Origin: Gracilinanus agilis
Lineage: Eukaryota
Assembly: GCF_016433145.1 (NCBI RefSeq)
Contig: NC_058130.1
Coordinates: 135,360,539 to 135,424,538 of the forward strand
Length of the DNA: 64,000 nt
Direction: 5' to 3'
Of this stretch, positions 1 through 10,824 are shown in pieces; positions within the stretch are counted from its first letter, which is position 1; each line of letters starts with the position of its first letter. A program made the position numbers and the translations under genes. The notes below the pieces were generated by a model. It saw only the letters and a list, made by a program, of their open reading frames with translations. It was not told where the DNA came from and searched no databases.

Positions 1-130
1 CCCCCCCCCCCCCCCAGCAAGGCTCTATTTGGGAGCAGTCCTAGTGTGCATGCTAGTAATAAGGTGTCTTTTATAACTTGCATTGTCTCTAGATCTCCAT
101 TCTTGGGTCACGATTCTGAACCCTAACAAT

Positions 131-258
131 TTTATGGATGAGGAAAGTGAGGAAAACAGGAAAATTTGTTCAAGATCACGAAGCTAGTGTTTGAATCTGG
201 ATTTGAACTTAGGTCTTCCTGACTCCAGGTCTGGTATTCTGATCACTGAGCCACCTAA
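131..258 (-). mobile_element. CORE-SINE fragment (MAR1/MIR-like)
   Basis: 'gatgaggaaagtgagg...ggatttgaacttaggtcttcctgactccagg...cactgagccaccta' is the reverse complement of the tRNA-head/CORE SINE pattern; boundaries approximate. Confidence 0.65.
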
Positions 259-343
259 TGAAACCCTGGGTTTTTATAAGTACCTACTATATTATTAAGT
301 ATTGTCATCATCAGATTTGAGCAGTATTACCCAGAAAACCTTC

Positions 344-346
<3 letters not shown>

Positions 347-373
<27 letters not shown>
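347..373. repeat. (TA)n microsatellite
   Basis: uninterrupted TA run. Confidence 0.95.
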
Positions 374-374
<1 letters not shown>

Positions 375-624
375 GCTTGGAATGTGGAAAGTGGATCTTC
401 TGGAAGAAAAAGTTCTCCCAAACTGCCTGAAAAACAAGGCCTATCCCAGGTACTATTAATAAATGACACCCAAGTTAAAAATATTGAGATGTTGATTCAA
501 GGACCAAGTTGGGCAATTTGTATACAATGAATTGACAAAGAATTCAGAGGGAAAATGTTTCCCAGAAGCAGATAACTAAAACCCAAATACAGGAATAAGA
601 AAACTGTTATTTAAATGGGCATTG

Positions 625-1420
625 TGTAAATAGAATTAGATCAAGTCCATTCATAGTTAAAACTCTAGCCACCAGAGATAATGTCATCCCCACCTCCCTT
701 AGTGGGGAGGGGAGATGAGTTACCCACACGTGACAATAAGTAACAAATCAGGGCAGTCCAAAACCAGTATTGAGGCTGCCATTTGTCCACTTGAATTAGA
801 GGTGGACCCCCAGGAAGTGACGAAAGATGCTATCCTTCAAATATGATGGTAAACTTCCTGTGGAGGAGTTCTGGCTTTGAACTTGGTGCTGAAGGATCTC
901 GGCTGAGACCTCAGGCAGCTTCCCCTCAGAATTATCATGTGGGTAAGTTAGGCTGACTTCCTTGGGCCTACCTTGGCATTTTCCAGAAGTTTTCTTTGCC
1001 TCTAATTGCTAAGGCCTTGTGGGCTAGTAGCCTAATTTAAACTCTGGTCCGCACCAGTGTCTGTCTGTCTCTCTCTTCTCTCTCCTCACCCTCTCCCTCT
1101 CCCTCCCCCTCCCCCTCTCTAGAATCTAGAGATCCCAAACTTGTGGCTTAGTGAGATCTGATGAACTCCAAGTTTTAGAAATAGCTTATAGGCTGGAGAC
1201 CCCCAAAGCTTGTGCTTCCCTGTTCCCGTGAGAATCGACCCTGAAGGGAATCTCAGGCTAGCAGTTACAGACTGAATAATGGACCCCAGGGTAAATGCCA
1301 AATATGCTTTTGTCTTAGGTAGTCTTCCCCAAAAAGACCCTTTCCCAGGAAGACACACCTGGGCAGGGACCATCCTTTAGTATCCATTGCAGTTAGCAGC
1401 CCTTTCCCTTATACCCTAGC
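625..1420 (+). mobile_element. LTR-like (ERV) sequence in NUBP2 intron 1
   Basis: starts TGTAAA at 625, has an internal donor-like 'catgtgggtaag' and a CT-rich tract; part of it (1121-1295) recurs inverted at 2319-2487; end boundary uncertain. Confidence 0.45.
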
Positions 1421-1451
1421 CTCTAGCTATGATTCCTTTCCCAAGCTTGAT

Positions 1452-1760
1452 TGTAAATCCCATCCTTTCCAGTATAAATAATGTCAATCATCTCTCCCAG
1501 CCTCTGGATCTTCCTAAATGGTATATAAGTTCCCCAATTTCCTTTGTTCCTTGGAGTGGTCATCTAGCGGGGTGTCACTCCCAGGGGGTCAGGGAGCAGA
1601 GCGAGGCAGTGTTCAATCCTTGGACTCTGCATAAGGCACAGCTCTGCATAAAGAGGCCTAAGTAACCCTGTTCCCCCTTTCCCTTGATTAAAGAGTGGTT
1701 TTGACTATTTAATAGTTCTGTGTTTTATCTAAGTTAACAAATGGAGGTTCCCCATTGAGA
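1452..1760 (+). mobile_element. ERV LTR (TG...CA) followed by a probable tRNA-Gln primer binding site
   Basis: TGTAAATC at 1452, ATTAAA at 1687-1692, ends ...GTTAACA at 1739; then TGGAGGTTCCCCATTGAGA (1742-1760), resembling the complement of the tRNA-Gln 3' end (TGGAGGTTCCACCGAGA, from recall). Confidence 0.5.
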
Positions 1761-2200
1761 CCCGAAGTCCCAGCTGCCTGAGCCGCCCTGCTAACAAGGA
1801 TCCCAAGATGTGAGGTACCCACACAGCCCATTTAGGGTTGAGTCAGGAGTCCGCTTAGCAGAGGGGCCAGGCAAGTGGCTCTTGGAGTAAAGGACTGGTC
1901 TTGTGTATTTGGGAGTGACCCACTCTTTAATTAAGGAGGGGTTTTAGGCGATGGTCCGTAGATGTACGGAGAGTTGCAGAACCAGAACCAGCCCCGGGGT
2001 GTCTGGATATTGAGGCACAGTAAATCTGTGGCCCCAAGAGGTGGAAGCAGCCAGAGCCAGCAGCCTGAAGAACCATCTAATGATACCGCCTAGAGTTAAA
2101 TGTAAATATGTGGCAAAAGGTCCCAAGGTGAATGGGCCAAAATGAAGTCTAGTTTAACCCACTACAAGCTGAATAAGGGATCCTAGGGTAAAAGCTAAGT

Positions 2201-2272
2201 GACTCTATATGCAGTAGGCAGCAGGTCCGTCTTGTAAGCTGAAGGTCCTGAGTTCGATCACTGAAAGGGGGA
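2201..2272 (+). pseudogene. degenerate tRNA-Met(elongator)-like pseudogene
   Basis: GCAGTAGGCAGC (D arm, 2211-2222), GTCT-TGT-AAG (anticodon loop, CAT position reads TGT) and CTGAAGGTCCTGAGTTCGATC (variable loop/T arm, 2239-2259) match vertebrate tRNA-Met(e) as recalled; acceptor stem decayed. Confidence 0.65.
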
Positions 2273-2559
2273 TGTGGTACAATGGGAGAAGCTTGTAAAG
2301 CAAAAGAATCACTTAGCTTTTACCCTAGGGTCCCTTATTCAGTCTGCAACTGCTAGCCTGAGATTCCCTTCAGAGTGGATTCTCACGGGAACAGGGAACA
2401 AGCACAAGCTTTAGGGGTCTCCAACCTACAAGCAATTCTTAAAACTTGGGGTTCATCAGATCTCACAAGTTTGGGGTCTCTGGATTCCACCTCAACAATT
2501 CCAAGACTAACCATTACAAGACTGACCGTAAGGGTTTAAAAAAAAAGAATCAAAGGAAA

Positions 2560-2760
2560 GAGGCAGATAGGTGGTTCAGTGTATAAGAGAGCAGCCAAGC
2601 CTGAAGACAGAAGGCCCTGGGTTCAAATTTGACCTCAGACACTTCCTAGTCATTTGACCTTAGGTTAAGTCACTTAACCCTAATTGCCTAGCCCTTTCAG
2701 ATCTAGGAATCATACTTAGTACTGATTCCAAAATAGAAGGTATGGGTTTAAAAAAAAATT
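2560..2760 (+). mobile_element. older tRNA-derived SINE (SINE1_Mdo/WSINE-like)
   Basis: head 'gaggcagataggtggttcagtg', B-box 'gggttcaaattt', 'aagtcacttaacc', tail 'gggtttaaaaaaaaa'. Confidence 0.8.
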
Positions 2761-3863
2761 AAGGAAAAGAGTAATAGGAAACAAAATCTTTCTCTCTGTA
2801 AAGAAGATAAAAAAAAAATCTTCCAGTAGTTTATCTGAAAATTTTTCATTGGTAAGGAAACTTCCTATGTAAGCCGGCAGCAACTATGGTAAAACTGTTA
2901 AGTACTCAAAAAAGGTCTCAATCCCAAGGGAACTGAATTGCAGTGAGGGTGGTTATCCCTCCTCCCCCCAGATTGAGGGAGAAAGGGGGAGAAGAGAAAG
3001 GGATTTTGACAGGAGTGGGGTAGAGGAAACCCAGGAATCTACAATGACAGCAGAGACGTATCACCTAGGGGGTGCTGGAGGGATGGAAGGGACTAGAGTT
3101 GAGGTGGGAATGTCATTTAGGGGGGCCGGGATGTAGTCAATCGAAGAGTGTGCTGGAGTGTATGTTAAGAGTGTGTGCTTGTATAGTGATAGGAAGATAG
3201 GAATTGTCTTTTGCAGCCCTATCGCTTAGCTTAGTGCCTGTCATGAAAAAGGTGCTAAATAAATGCTTAATTAGAGCTGGGGGTCCAGCGTTACTGCAGG
3301 AGGTGTTTCCCTGGGCTGGAGTGTAGAGAGGAAGTTGGACTGGAGTGAGATGAAGGGTCCACTCATGGAAAGCAGGGTTGATGGAAGTGGGAGGGTCGTC
3401 CTGGGCTAACAAAACGAAGGAGAGAGGCCAATTAATGTAAACAGGCAGGACCAGCGATGCGGAGTTGGAAAAGACTCAAAGTGACAGGATTTGGAGGTTT
3501 GAGGCGGTCTCCACCCCCACCCCCCCCAATCCCGTCCGGTCACACGGGCGCTAAATTGAGTGAGTCCCACCCCCTCTGTCTCAGCTCACGCGAGGCCTGC
3601 AAGCCTGGAGCCCTCTCGACTCCACCCCTGGATGGCAAGAGGAAGAACCCTCACCGCCTGCGGGAGGGAAACTTCTCGCGCATGCCCAGGTACTCAAGCA
3701 GAGTGAGCCGCCCACTTCCAGGGGGCGACTAGTCCATCTGGTTTCCCCAGACCCGCCCCGATTCCGGACTGCCAAAGTGATTTCCACCTTTCAAGGTAAG
3801 AGGTTTGGGACGGCGAATCTCGGGAGAGAGGCTCTCGGAGGAGCTCCTCCTGAACTCACTCAC

Positions 3864-3879
3864 CCTGTGCGGCCTCCAT
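3864..3879 (-). CDS. NUBP2: NUBP2 (cytosolic Fe-S assembly factor) coding exon 1; rest of gene lies beyond the window start
   Basis: minus strand ATG GAG GCC GCA CAG G|gtgagt (MEAAQ+1 nt), comparable to the human N-terminus MEAAAE, with a consensus donor; CpG island; head-to-head with SPSB3 as in human synteny. Only 16 nt, so the identity rests on synteny. Confidence 0.75.
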
Positions 3880-4399
3880 TCTGCCGGGCGCTACTTCACG
3901 TCACAACTTCCGCCTCCATCTGCGTACACACACCCCTTCCCTTCTCCCGCCTAGAGTGAGAGACCTTTCATCCAATCCGAAGCAACATCTCTTCCCTTCT
4001 CCCTCCCCTTTGTCCTTGTCCTCTTTTCTTAACCAATCATATCTCCGAAGGCGTGCCTACCACCCGCCCCCGCGACTCCTGGGAAATGGAGGTGGGCTTT
4101 CTTCTAAATCCTAAAAATTGGCTACTTTTCCAATTGCTGGTCCTTGGGCCAATGTGCGTGGTAGACTTGGCTCTGTATTACTCCGATTTCTCCAATGGGA
4201 ACGCGGGTTAACGATTGACAGAATATTTAGCCAGTGGCCCTGTGAGTCCCTCCCTTCTCCCGTTCCCCGGAGTGTGACTCATCCGAAGGAGATGGCGATC
4301 GAGGCCTGACTCTCCTTCACCCAGACGAAGGACCAATGGGGTGATGGGGGCGGGACTCGGGGGAGGAGATTGTTTACGTCTCGCTCGGGAGGGGAAAGT

Positions 4400-4448
4400 A
4401 GGTCAGAGCGCGGGGCTGAATCGGAGCGCGGCGGTGGCGGCGCCTGAG
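4400..4448 (+). other. SPSB3: probable non-coding exon 1 of SPSB3
   Basis: GC-rich stretch ending CCTGAG|gtaaga (donor at 4449); the first coding exon at 11980 begins after an acceptor, so an upstream exon is needed; TSS approximate. Confidence 0.6.
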
Positions 4449-7357
4449 GTAAGATCGGCGCGTCCTGGGGTGGGGCCCCGGTGGCTCCACGGTCCCCGTG
4501 CGTCCCTTGTCCCTTGACCCGTCAGCGCGGGGTCCCTTTGCGCTTCCTGCCCTGCCTGCCCCACAGTCCTCTCTTTCCTGACCTCCTTGATCTTCGCCCA
4601 GCCTGCGGCGCTTCCTCTTGGGAGTGGACTGAACGGCTTGCACCGCTCAGTAGGCGGGGGTGCCAGCGGTTGGTGCGGGTGGGCCCTGGGGTTGGCGGGG
4701 TAGGGCGGAGACCGGGCCCTGGACACTCCCGGTTCTACTGTGGCCCACTGGGCTACCGGCGTGGGGCAGAGCCGAAAGGAGAAAGCGAGAAGAGCCGGCC
4801 CCGACCCTGTCCTGTGTGGAGAGAAGCTCCTCCGGGCTCCAGCTCAGTCGGAGCCGACCCAACGGGGAAGCAGAGTCTCGTGGTCGGCTCCTGTTGGTTG
4901 GTTGGAGCCTGGGAACTTGGAGGGGAAATTTCCCTGGGCCGGGCAAAGCAGGCCCGGGCCGCGCCGGCCTGGCCTTGGGCGGAGAGAGGCGGGGGCGCTG
5001 CCTGGCCCTCTGCATATGCGCGTGTCCAGGCCCGGGGGGCCCCCAGCACGACCAGGGCCATCCAGACCCGCCTTCCCGTTCCGTCCTCCCTGGTGCCCAG
5101 GAGCTCCCGGAAGATCGGCCGGCGGGCCCGGGAGTTCCTGCTGTCTTTTGTTCCCACTTCTTGGGTCCCTGGACTGGGGGCTGAAGCTGTCCTGCTGCTG
5201 TTGCCGCGGGTTTCCTGACCACCTCTTCTGAGCCTCGGAGCTACTTCTGGATCTAGTCTTGTGGGTTTGGTCTCAGAATCCTGGCATGGCCCACAGACAG
5301 CCCCCGAGTCACTGCCACCTGGCACACATTTCTGAAGTTGTAGAGCCCAAAGTTTATGAGAGGCATGACCTGACCTGTGTACACCTTGGATCCAGCGTTG
5401 TCCTAGGATGTGGCTCTTAGGCAGGTAACTAATGTATGCGCGTGTGCATCCGGGAGGACAGAGTGCTATGTGAGGTCCTTGGGGTGCTAGCCTGAGAAGA
5501 TCTTTTGTGACCCGGAGAATCCAGGTGGGCTTTTTGAAAATAGTCTTTGAGATGGACTTTAAAAGGTGGAGTAGATTAGAAATCTCCACCAACAACAGAG
5601 TCTTGGAAGCAGAAATTAATTGAATTTGAAGGTGGAGGGAGGGGAGACATTGAACCAAAACATTAAACTTAGGGATAACAAAATCAGGTCTCTGCTTAGA
5701 GAAGCGGTCTGAAGGCTGTGCCAAGGGTATAGGTGTGGAGTTCTAGCATCTTTCAGTTTTGCCTTCTAGATAGTTGCCCTCCTTTTTCAGAACTATTGCT
5801 GATGACTGGAAGAACTGATTATTCTAGCACTTAATATTACTTAGCTCGAGTTCCTCGGGGTAGGGTGAATTCTGAATCTCTTCTTGCAACTAGTTACTTT
5901 GACTCTGTCTCCTTTGATTCTTCTGTGATTGTTCTGTGATATTCTGAGAGCCTATGGGATGGAAGGGTGTAGTGGGGAAAAGTGCTAGATTAGTCTAGAG
6001 ACTGGAGTTCAGATTCTGCTTCCAGCATTTATTAGCTGTTTGACAGGCCCCCCCCTCTCCCCCCGCAAGTCAATTAGAATCTCTTGTAGGGTTGATTATG
6101 GCTACCCTCAGGATCCTTAATCAAATAAGATAAATTTGAAGTCAGACCATGTGACCACTTTACCTCTCTGACTTGGCTCATTTGTAAAATGGGGCTCTAA
6201 TTACCTTCTCAGTTGAGGAATGCATGTTTTAAAGTTTATAATGGAGAGGAAATCTGACATGTTTTCTTTGAAGTTAAGAAGGATGGGATCAGTATTGCAT
6301 ATTCATGATAGTTTTATCGGTTAACACTGAGGTGAGCAGGTTATGGGATATTATTTATTGGTGCAGACCAAATACTTTGGAGCCTGATTGATATAGATCC
6401 AAGTGACAATTTATTACCTTTTTAGAAAGGTCTTTATATGTATGCATATACCAGTCATTTTCTCCAGAAATCCTCCCTTGTAGCACAACAAAACAGTTAT
6501 AAGGAACTTGCCTGTCCTTTTGTGCATCTTATTCAACATGCTCTACTACCACCTTTATTATAAAGGAAGTATGTTTTTACCATCTATTCTTTTATGACAT
6601 TTCATTTAATCCTGCACTTTAGAAAGGTTGTTTGGTGAATTCGACCTTCAAAGTTTTTGAGTTTTGTTTCGTTGGGCTAAAGTTCTTCAGATGTTTGGCA
6701 CCAATATAGTGAGCACCTGCAAACACCTCCCCAACACCCCTCCCTCCCCCCCCAAATTGGGGTAAACTGGCTTGGTCAGAGCAGTTGGAAGTTTCTGTGG
6801 TGTGTGACCAGTGTCCCTTAAGCTGGGCAAGATAGGGAGAGCCAGCCAAGGGAAAAAGAGATTTTTATGTTTTAGTATTGTTTTGGAATTTACATTAGTA
6901 TAGAGAAGCTGTACACTTTTCCTAGCTCTGCTTGCTTTTTTTGCTTTGCCTTCATTCTCATTTCTCCAGGCAGGTAGGGGCAATGTATAGAGGACTAGAT
7001 CTAAGTCCAGGTTCAAATACTGCCTCAGTTTCTTCAGTGAAATAGGGATAATAATAACTACCTCTCAGGGTTGTTGAAGATCAAATAATATGGTATTTGT
7101 AAAGTGCTTTGACCTTAAAACTATAAATGCTGGTTGCTCTTTTTCCCCCTAAGGCTTTCCTTATAAACCTCTTAATGGTTGGGTTTTCTAGAGACCAATG
7201 TAAGTCAGAAGATTGCCTAGCAAGATAATTGATGATTACTGAATTAGAGGAAGTTGTCTATGATTATAAGAGATATTTTAATACAGATGAAGTAAATGAA
7301 TTGCCCTGAATTTTAGAAGTCTTTCCGTCTAAAGAATTAACACTAGTCATCCGAGAT

Positions 7358-7550
7358 GACAGCTATGTGGCATAATAGTGCTGCACCTGAAGTCAAGATG
7401 ACTCATTTTCTTGAGTTCAAATCTAGCCTCAGACAATTAATAACTCTGTGACCCATGGCAAGCCAATCCTGTTTGCCTCAGTTTCCTCATTTGTAAAATG
7501 AGCTGGAGAAGGAAATGGAATCAAAAGTGTCTGACATGGCTGAAAAACAA
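7358..7550 (+). mobile_element. MAR1-like CORE SINE
   Basis: 'gagttcaaatctagcctcagaca...gcctcagtttcctcatttgtaaaatgagctggagaaggaaatgg' = CORE plus RTE-like tail. Confidence 0.75.
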
Positions 7551-10255
7551 CTACACAAAAAATGCTGGATATTCCTAGAGACACTGCCAGTTTCCTTAAT
7601 CAGCTATTAAAAGTTGTCATATTCTGTGATGAACTTAATTAATTAGGTCACAGTTTATTTTAGATTATATTTTAGATTTAGTTATATTTTAGATTTTTCT
7701 CCTGATTGAGATATTACAAAGTGGAGCTTTTAAGTGCCAATTTTGCAAGTGAAAAGAAACACTAACCCCTTCTCAATCAATCCTTGACCTCTACTTTAGG
7801 AGAGTTCTCCCAGTTTAGTGGTTTAGACAATATGCAAACAACCCTGTATAAACAAGAAAATTGGAATAATCTTAGAGGAAAGGCACCAGCATTAAAGGGA
7901 GATTGGGAGAAACTTGCAGAAGATGCGATTTTAGCAGGGAAATGAAGGAGGAGGCCGGGAAGAGGAAAGAGGGAGAGAATTTCACTGAATAATAGTGTAT
8001 GTAGAAGAGAAGTAAGGTATAAAAAAGAGTAAGGACAACAACAAAATAAAAGGAAAGGCAGGAAGAAGCCAGTTGTGAAAATTACTTAGCACCTGTCTGG
8101 AACATAGGTACTTAATAAATGTTGACTGACTAGACTGACTAAAATTTAGCCATAGGATTTCATATTTAAACCTGGAAGTAATGTGAGCCCTTGGAGTTTT
8201 TAATAAGGCCCTAGAGATGCCAAGGAGCTTTGTCTTAAGATCATAACTAGTAAAAGACAAACCTAGGATTTTGAGGCTATGCCTTTACCTCCAAATTTGG
8301 TGTTCTTTCCAAGTGACCCTATATCATGGCAAAATAGCTTGCTCATGGGCATGAAAGTTAGTTATTAAACCCAGGATTTGAACAAGTCTCACCTTACTTT
8401 GTTGTCTAACATAAGTGCATTCACTTCCTTTACAATACTTTCTTATGTTTGTGATGGGGAGTCTCCATACTACCTCCCAGCTCTGATAACTCTGATTCTG
8501 TCTTCCTGTGGTGGTTCTGGCTGCCTAGATGAGTTTTGTGCTTAATATATTCTCCTTGTTTCCTTTCGGGTATCATTTCTCTCAACATACTTCACATTGT
8601 TTTTAAACTTTAGGAAGCTATCCAATGGATCCAATACTGTGGGTTGAAGTCAGGGTATTATTTTCCCTATTTCTGGCTTTTAACCTAGATAAATCCTGGA
8701 ACCTCTTCTACTTTTTTTTATTCTATCTTCTCCCTTTTAATGTTGGAATGGATGGACTGGGAGGGTAATACAAGTTCTGGGTATTTTATTCTGTTATCCT
8801 TTGAGTAAAAATAAAATAGTGTACATAGTGCACCTGCTCTGTGTGTCCCCTCAGCACCTGAATTAATGCTGTGTCAGGATGAAGGCCAGGGCAGAAACAC
8901 CATGCTTTCATTACCTGATGTCTCAACTCTTCAGTGAAACACTCATGACTCCTTGTTGTATTTGGTTCAACAATTAATGTAACTGCTGACATAAGAACCT
9001 CAGTTTGAATTTGTAGTTTGAAGCTGTGGCCAAAATACTTCCCTGTTTATTTATATGGCAACTTTACACCTGCCCGCGACTAGAGAAGAAAATGACACTG
9101 CCCTTCACCTTGTTTCCTTTAAGTGAGCTATGTAAATACTAGCTATTTATCTTCCTTTTCCTTTGTAAACCCAGGTTCTAGGGCACTGATGGCAAACCTT
9201 TTAGAGACTGCGTGCCATGCCCCACTTCCTTCTCCCCACCCCAGGGAGATAAGTACTTCCATTGGGCTGCTGGGCAGAGGGGCAGGCAAAGTCGTCCCTG
9301 TCTTTCTAATAATGAACTCTGATGAGGGGCAGCATAGGTTCACCATCAGGGTTCTACGGAATAGAGCTTAGCAAGGAAGGCCAGTGCAGTGCTAGATAGA
9401 GTTATAGTTCTAGAGGTGGTAGTTTCTGGATCAGTGAAGCAATAGCCATTCTTTTTATTACCACAGACTACTTGTTACTTATGGGTCAGGTTTCTACTAT
9501 AGCTTCCAGTAGTTAGACCGGCACAACAGTCTATGGTAAGGCTTAGGGATGTTACGATTAAAAATGATAAAGACTGATATAAATATATAAATTAGTATTT
9601 TAATTAAAGCCATGCTGATAGAGATAAATCATTAGACCACGCGCCAATAAGAATTCAAAACTGCCGCCTCCTCCATTATTATTACCTCTCCTCTCTTCCC
9701 TGCCTGCTAGCCAAAGAGTAGCTAAAGAGGGCTTACTTTCGATTCTCCTCCCATTTAAACTGTTGCTCTGCGTGGTGACGCAGGCATTCCTATGCCCAAA
9801 GAACCAGAAACTGAAACCCGTTTGACCCCGGGAAATGTAGTTTGATAGTTCCCATGTGTTCATAGAAAATATATATGTATATATATATACTTTTAAATGG
9901 CATTTCCCAAATTTCAATTAACAGGGAGATAGTAAGCTCTTTGTTGGACTTCATAGTTCAGAATGGCATCTTAGGAGTTGCCTATGTTTGAGCAGAGGAG
10001 TGTGGAGAGGGGAAGAGCTTATGGTATAAATGGGAAATATTGTTATTATCACCATGGTTCCAGGCATTTCTGGAAGTGGTGAGTAAAAAGAATTACACTT
10101 TGGTAAGGAAGTTGGGAAGGCATTTTCAGTTTCCTTTCTATGTGCCATGTCCTCCCTTTTAGAAGCCAAGAAGTCCTTAAGTCTTGGCCTTAGATCACAA
10201 ATAGAAATGAGCAGAGGAAGGAGTTAAGACTGGGCTCTTCAAAAGCATCTGTCTT

Positions 10256-10452
10256 GGGGCAGCTGGGTAGCTCAGTGGATTGAGAGCCATGCCTAGAGAC
10301 CGGAGGTCCTAGGTTCAAATCCGGCCTCAGATACTTCCCAGCTGGGTGACCCTGGGCAAGTCCCTTGACCCCCATTGCCTACCCATACCACTCTTCCACC
10401 TATAAGTCAATACACAGAAGTTAAGGGTTTAAAATTTAAAAAAAAAAAAAAA
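10256..10452 (+). mobile_element. young SINE1_Mdo-like SINE with perfect 15-bp TSD
   Basis: head GGGGCAGCTGGGTAGCTCAGTGGATTGAGAGCC, poly(A) tail, TSD AAAAGCATCTGTCTT at 10241-10255 and 10449-10463. Confidence 0.93.
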
Positions 10453-10635
10453 GCATCTGTCTTGTTCAGTTCTCTGCTAAAGATTGTGTGAGATAATTAA
10501 ATATAGCCCTTGCCTCAATGGGGCTTCTATTCTAGGTGGGTAGGAAGTAATGTTAATAAATGAAAGCAGTACAAAGTTCTATGAGATGAGGAACATAACT
10601 CATCTCCGGACCTATGGTACTTGATGGTTCTATAG

Positions 10636-10824
10636 CAGTGGTTCCCAAACTTTTTTGGCCTACAGCCCCCTTTCCAGAAAAAATTACTTAGTGCCCCCTG
10701 GAAGTTATGAAACTATTTATTGAACTCAGAATAGAATGAAATACAAAAAAAGTGTGGCCATCACTGTCCTCCTAGATCGCTGCAGCACCCACCAGGGGGC
10801 GGTAGCTCCCACTTTGGGAATCTG
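10636..10824. mobile_element. non-autonomous hAT (Charlie-type) MITE
   Basis: TIRs CAGTGGTTCCCAAA / TTTGGGAATC..TG; 8-bp TSD TTCTATAG at 10628-10635 and 10825-10832; related copy at 63214-63404. Confidence 0.9.

Larger units (their letters stand above)
3440..5250. promoter_or_regulatory. CpG island / bidirectional promoter NUBP2(-)-SPSB3(+)
   Basis: high GC and CpG density; ETS CGGAAGT and TCACGTCAC just upstream of the NUBP2 ATG (about 3896-3912); several CCAAT/ATTGG boxes in 3970-4340; NRF1-like GCGCATGC near 3679. Confidence 0.85.

Noticed and set aside
4374-5724. Several long overlapping ORFs (up to 323 aa) on both strands
   Set aside because: They lie in the GC-rich CpG island, where stops are rare. 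Several start at non-ATG codons (the 323-aa one at TTG), and none resembles a known protein.
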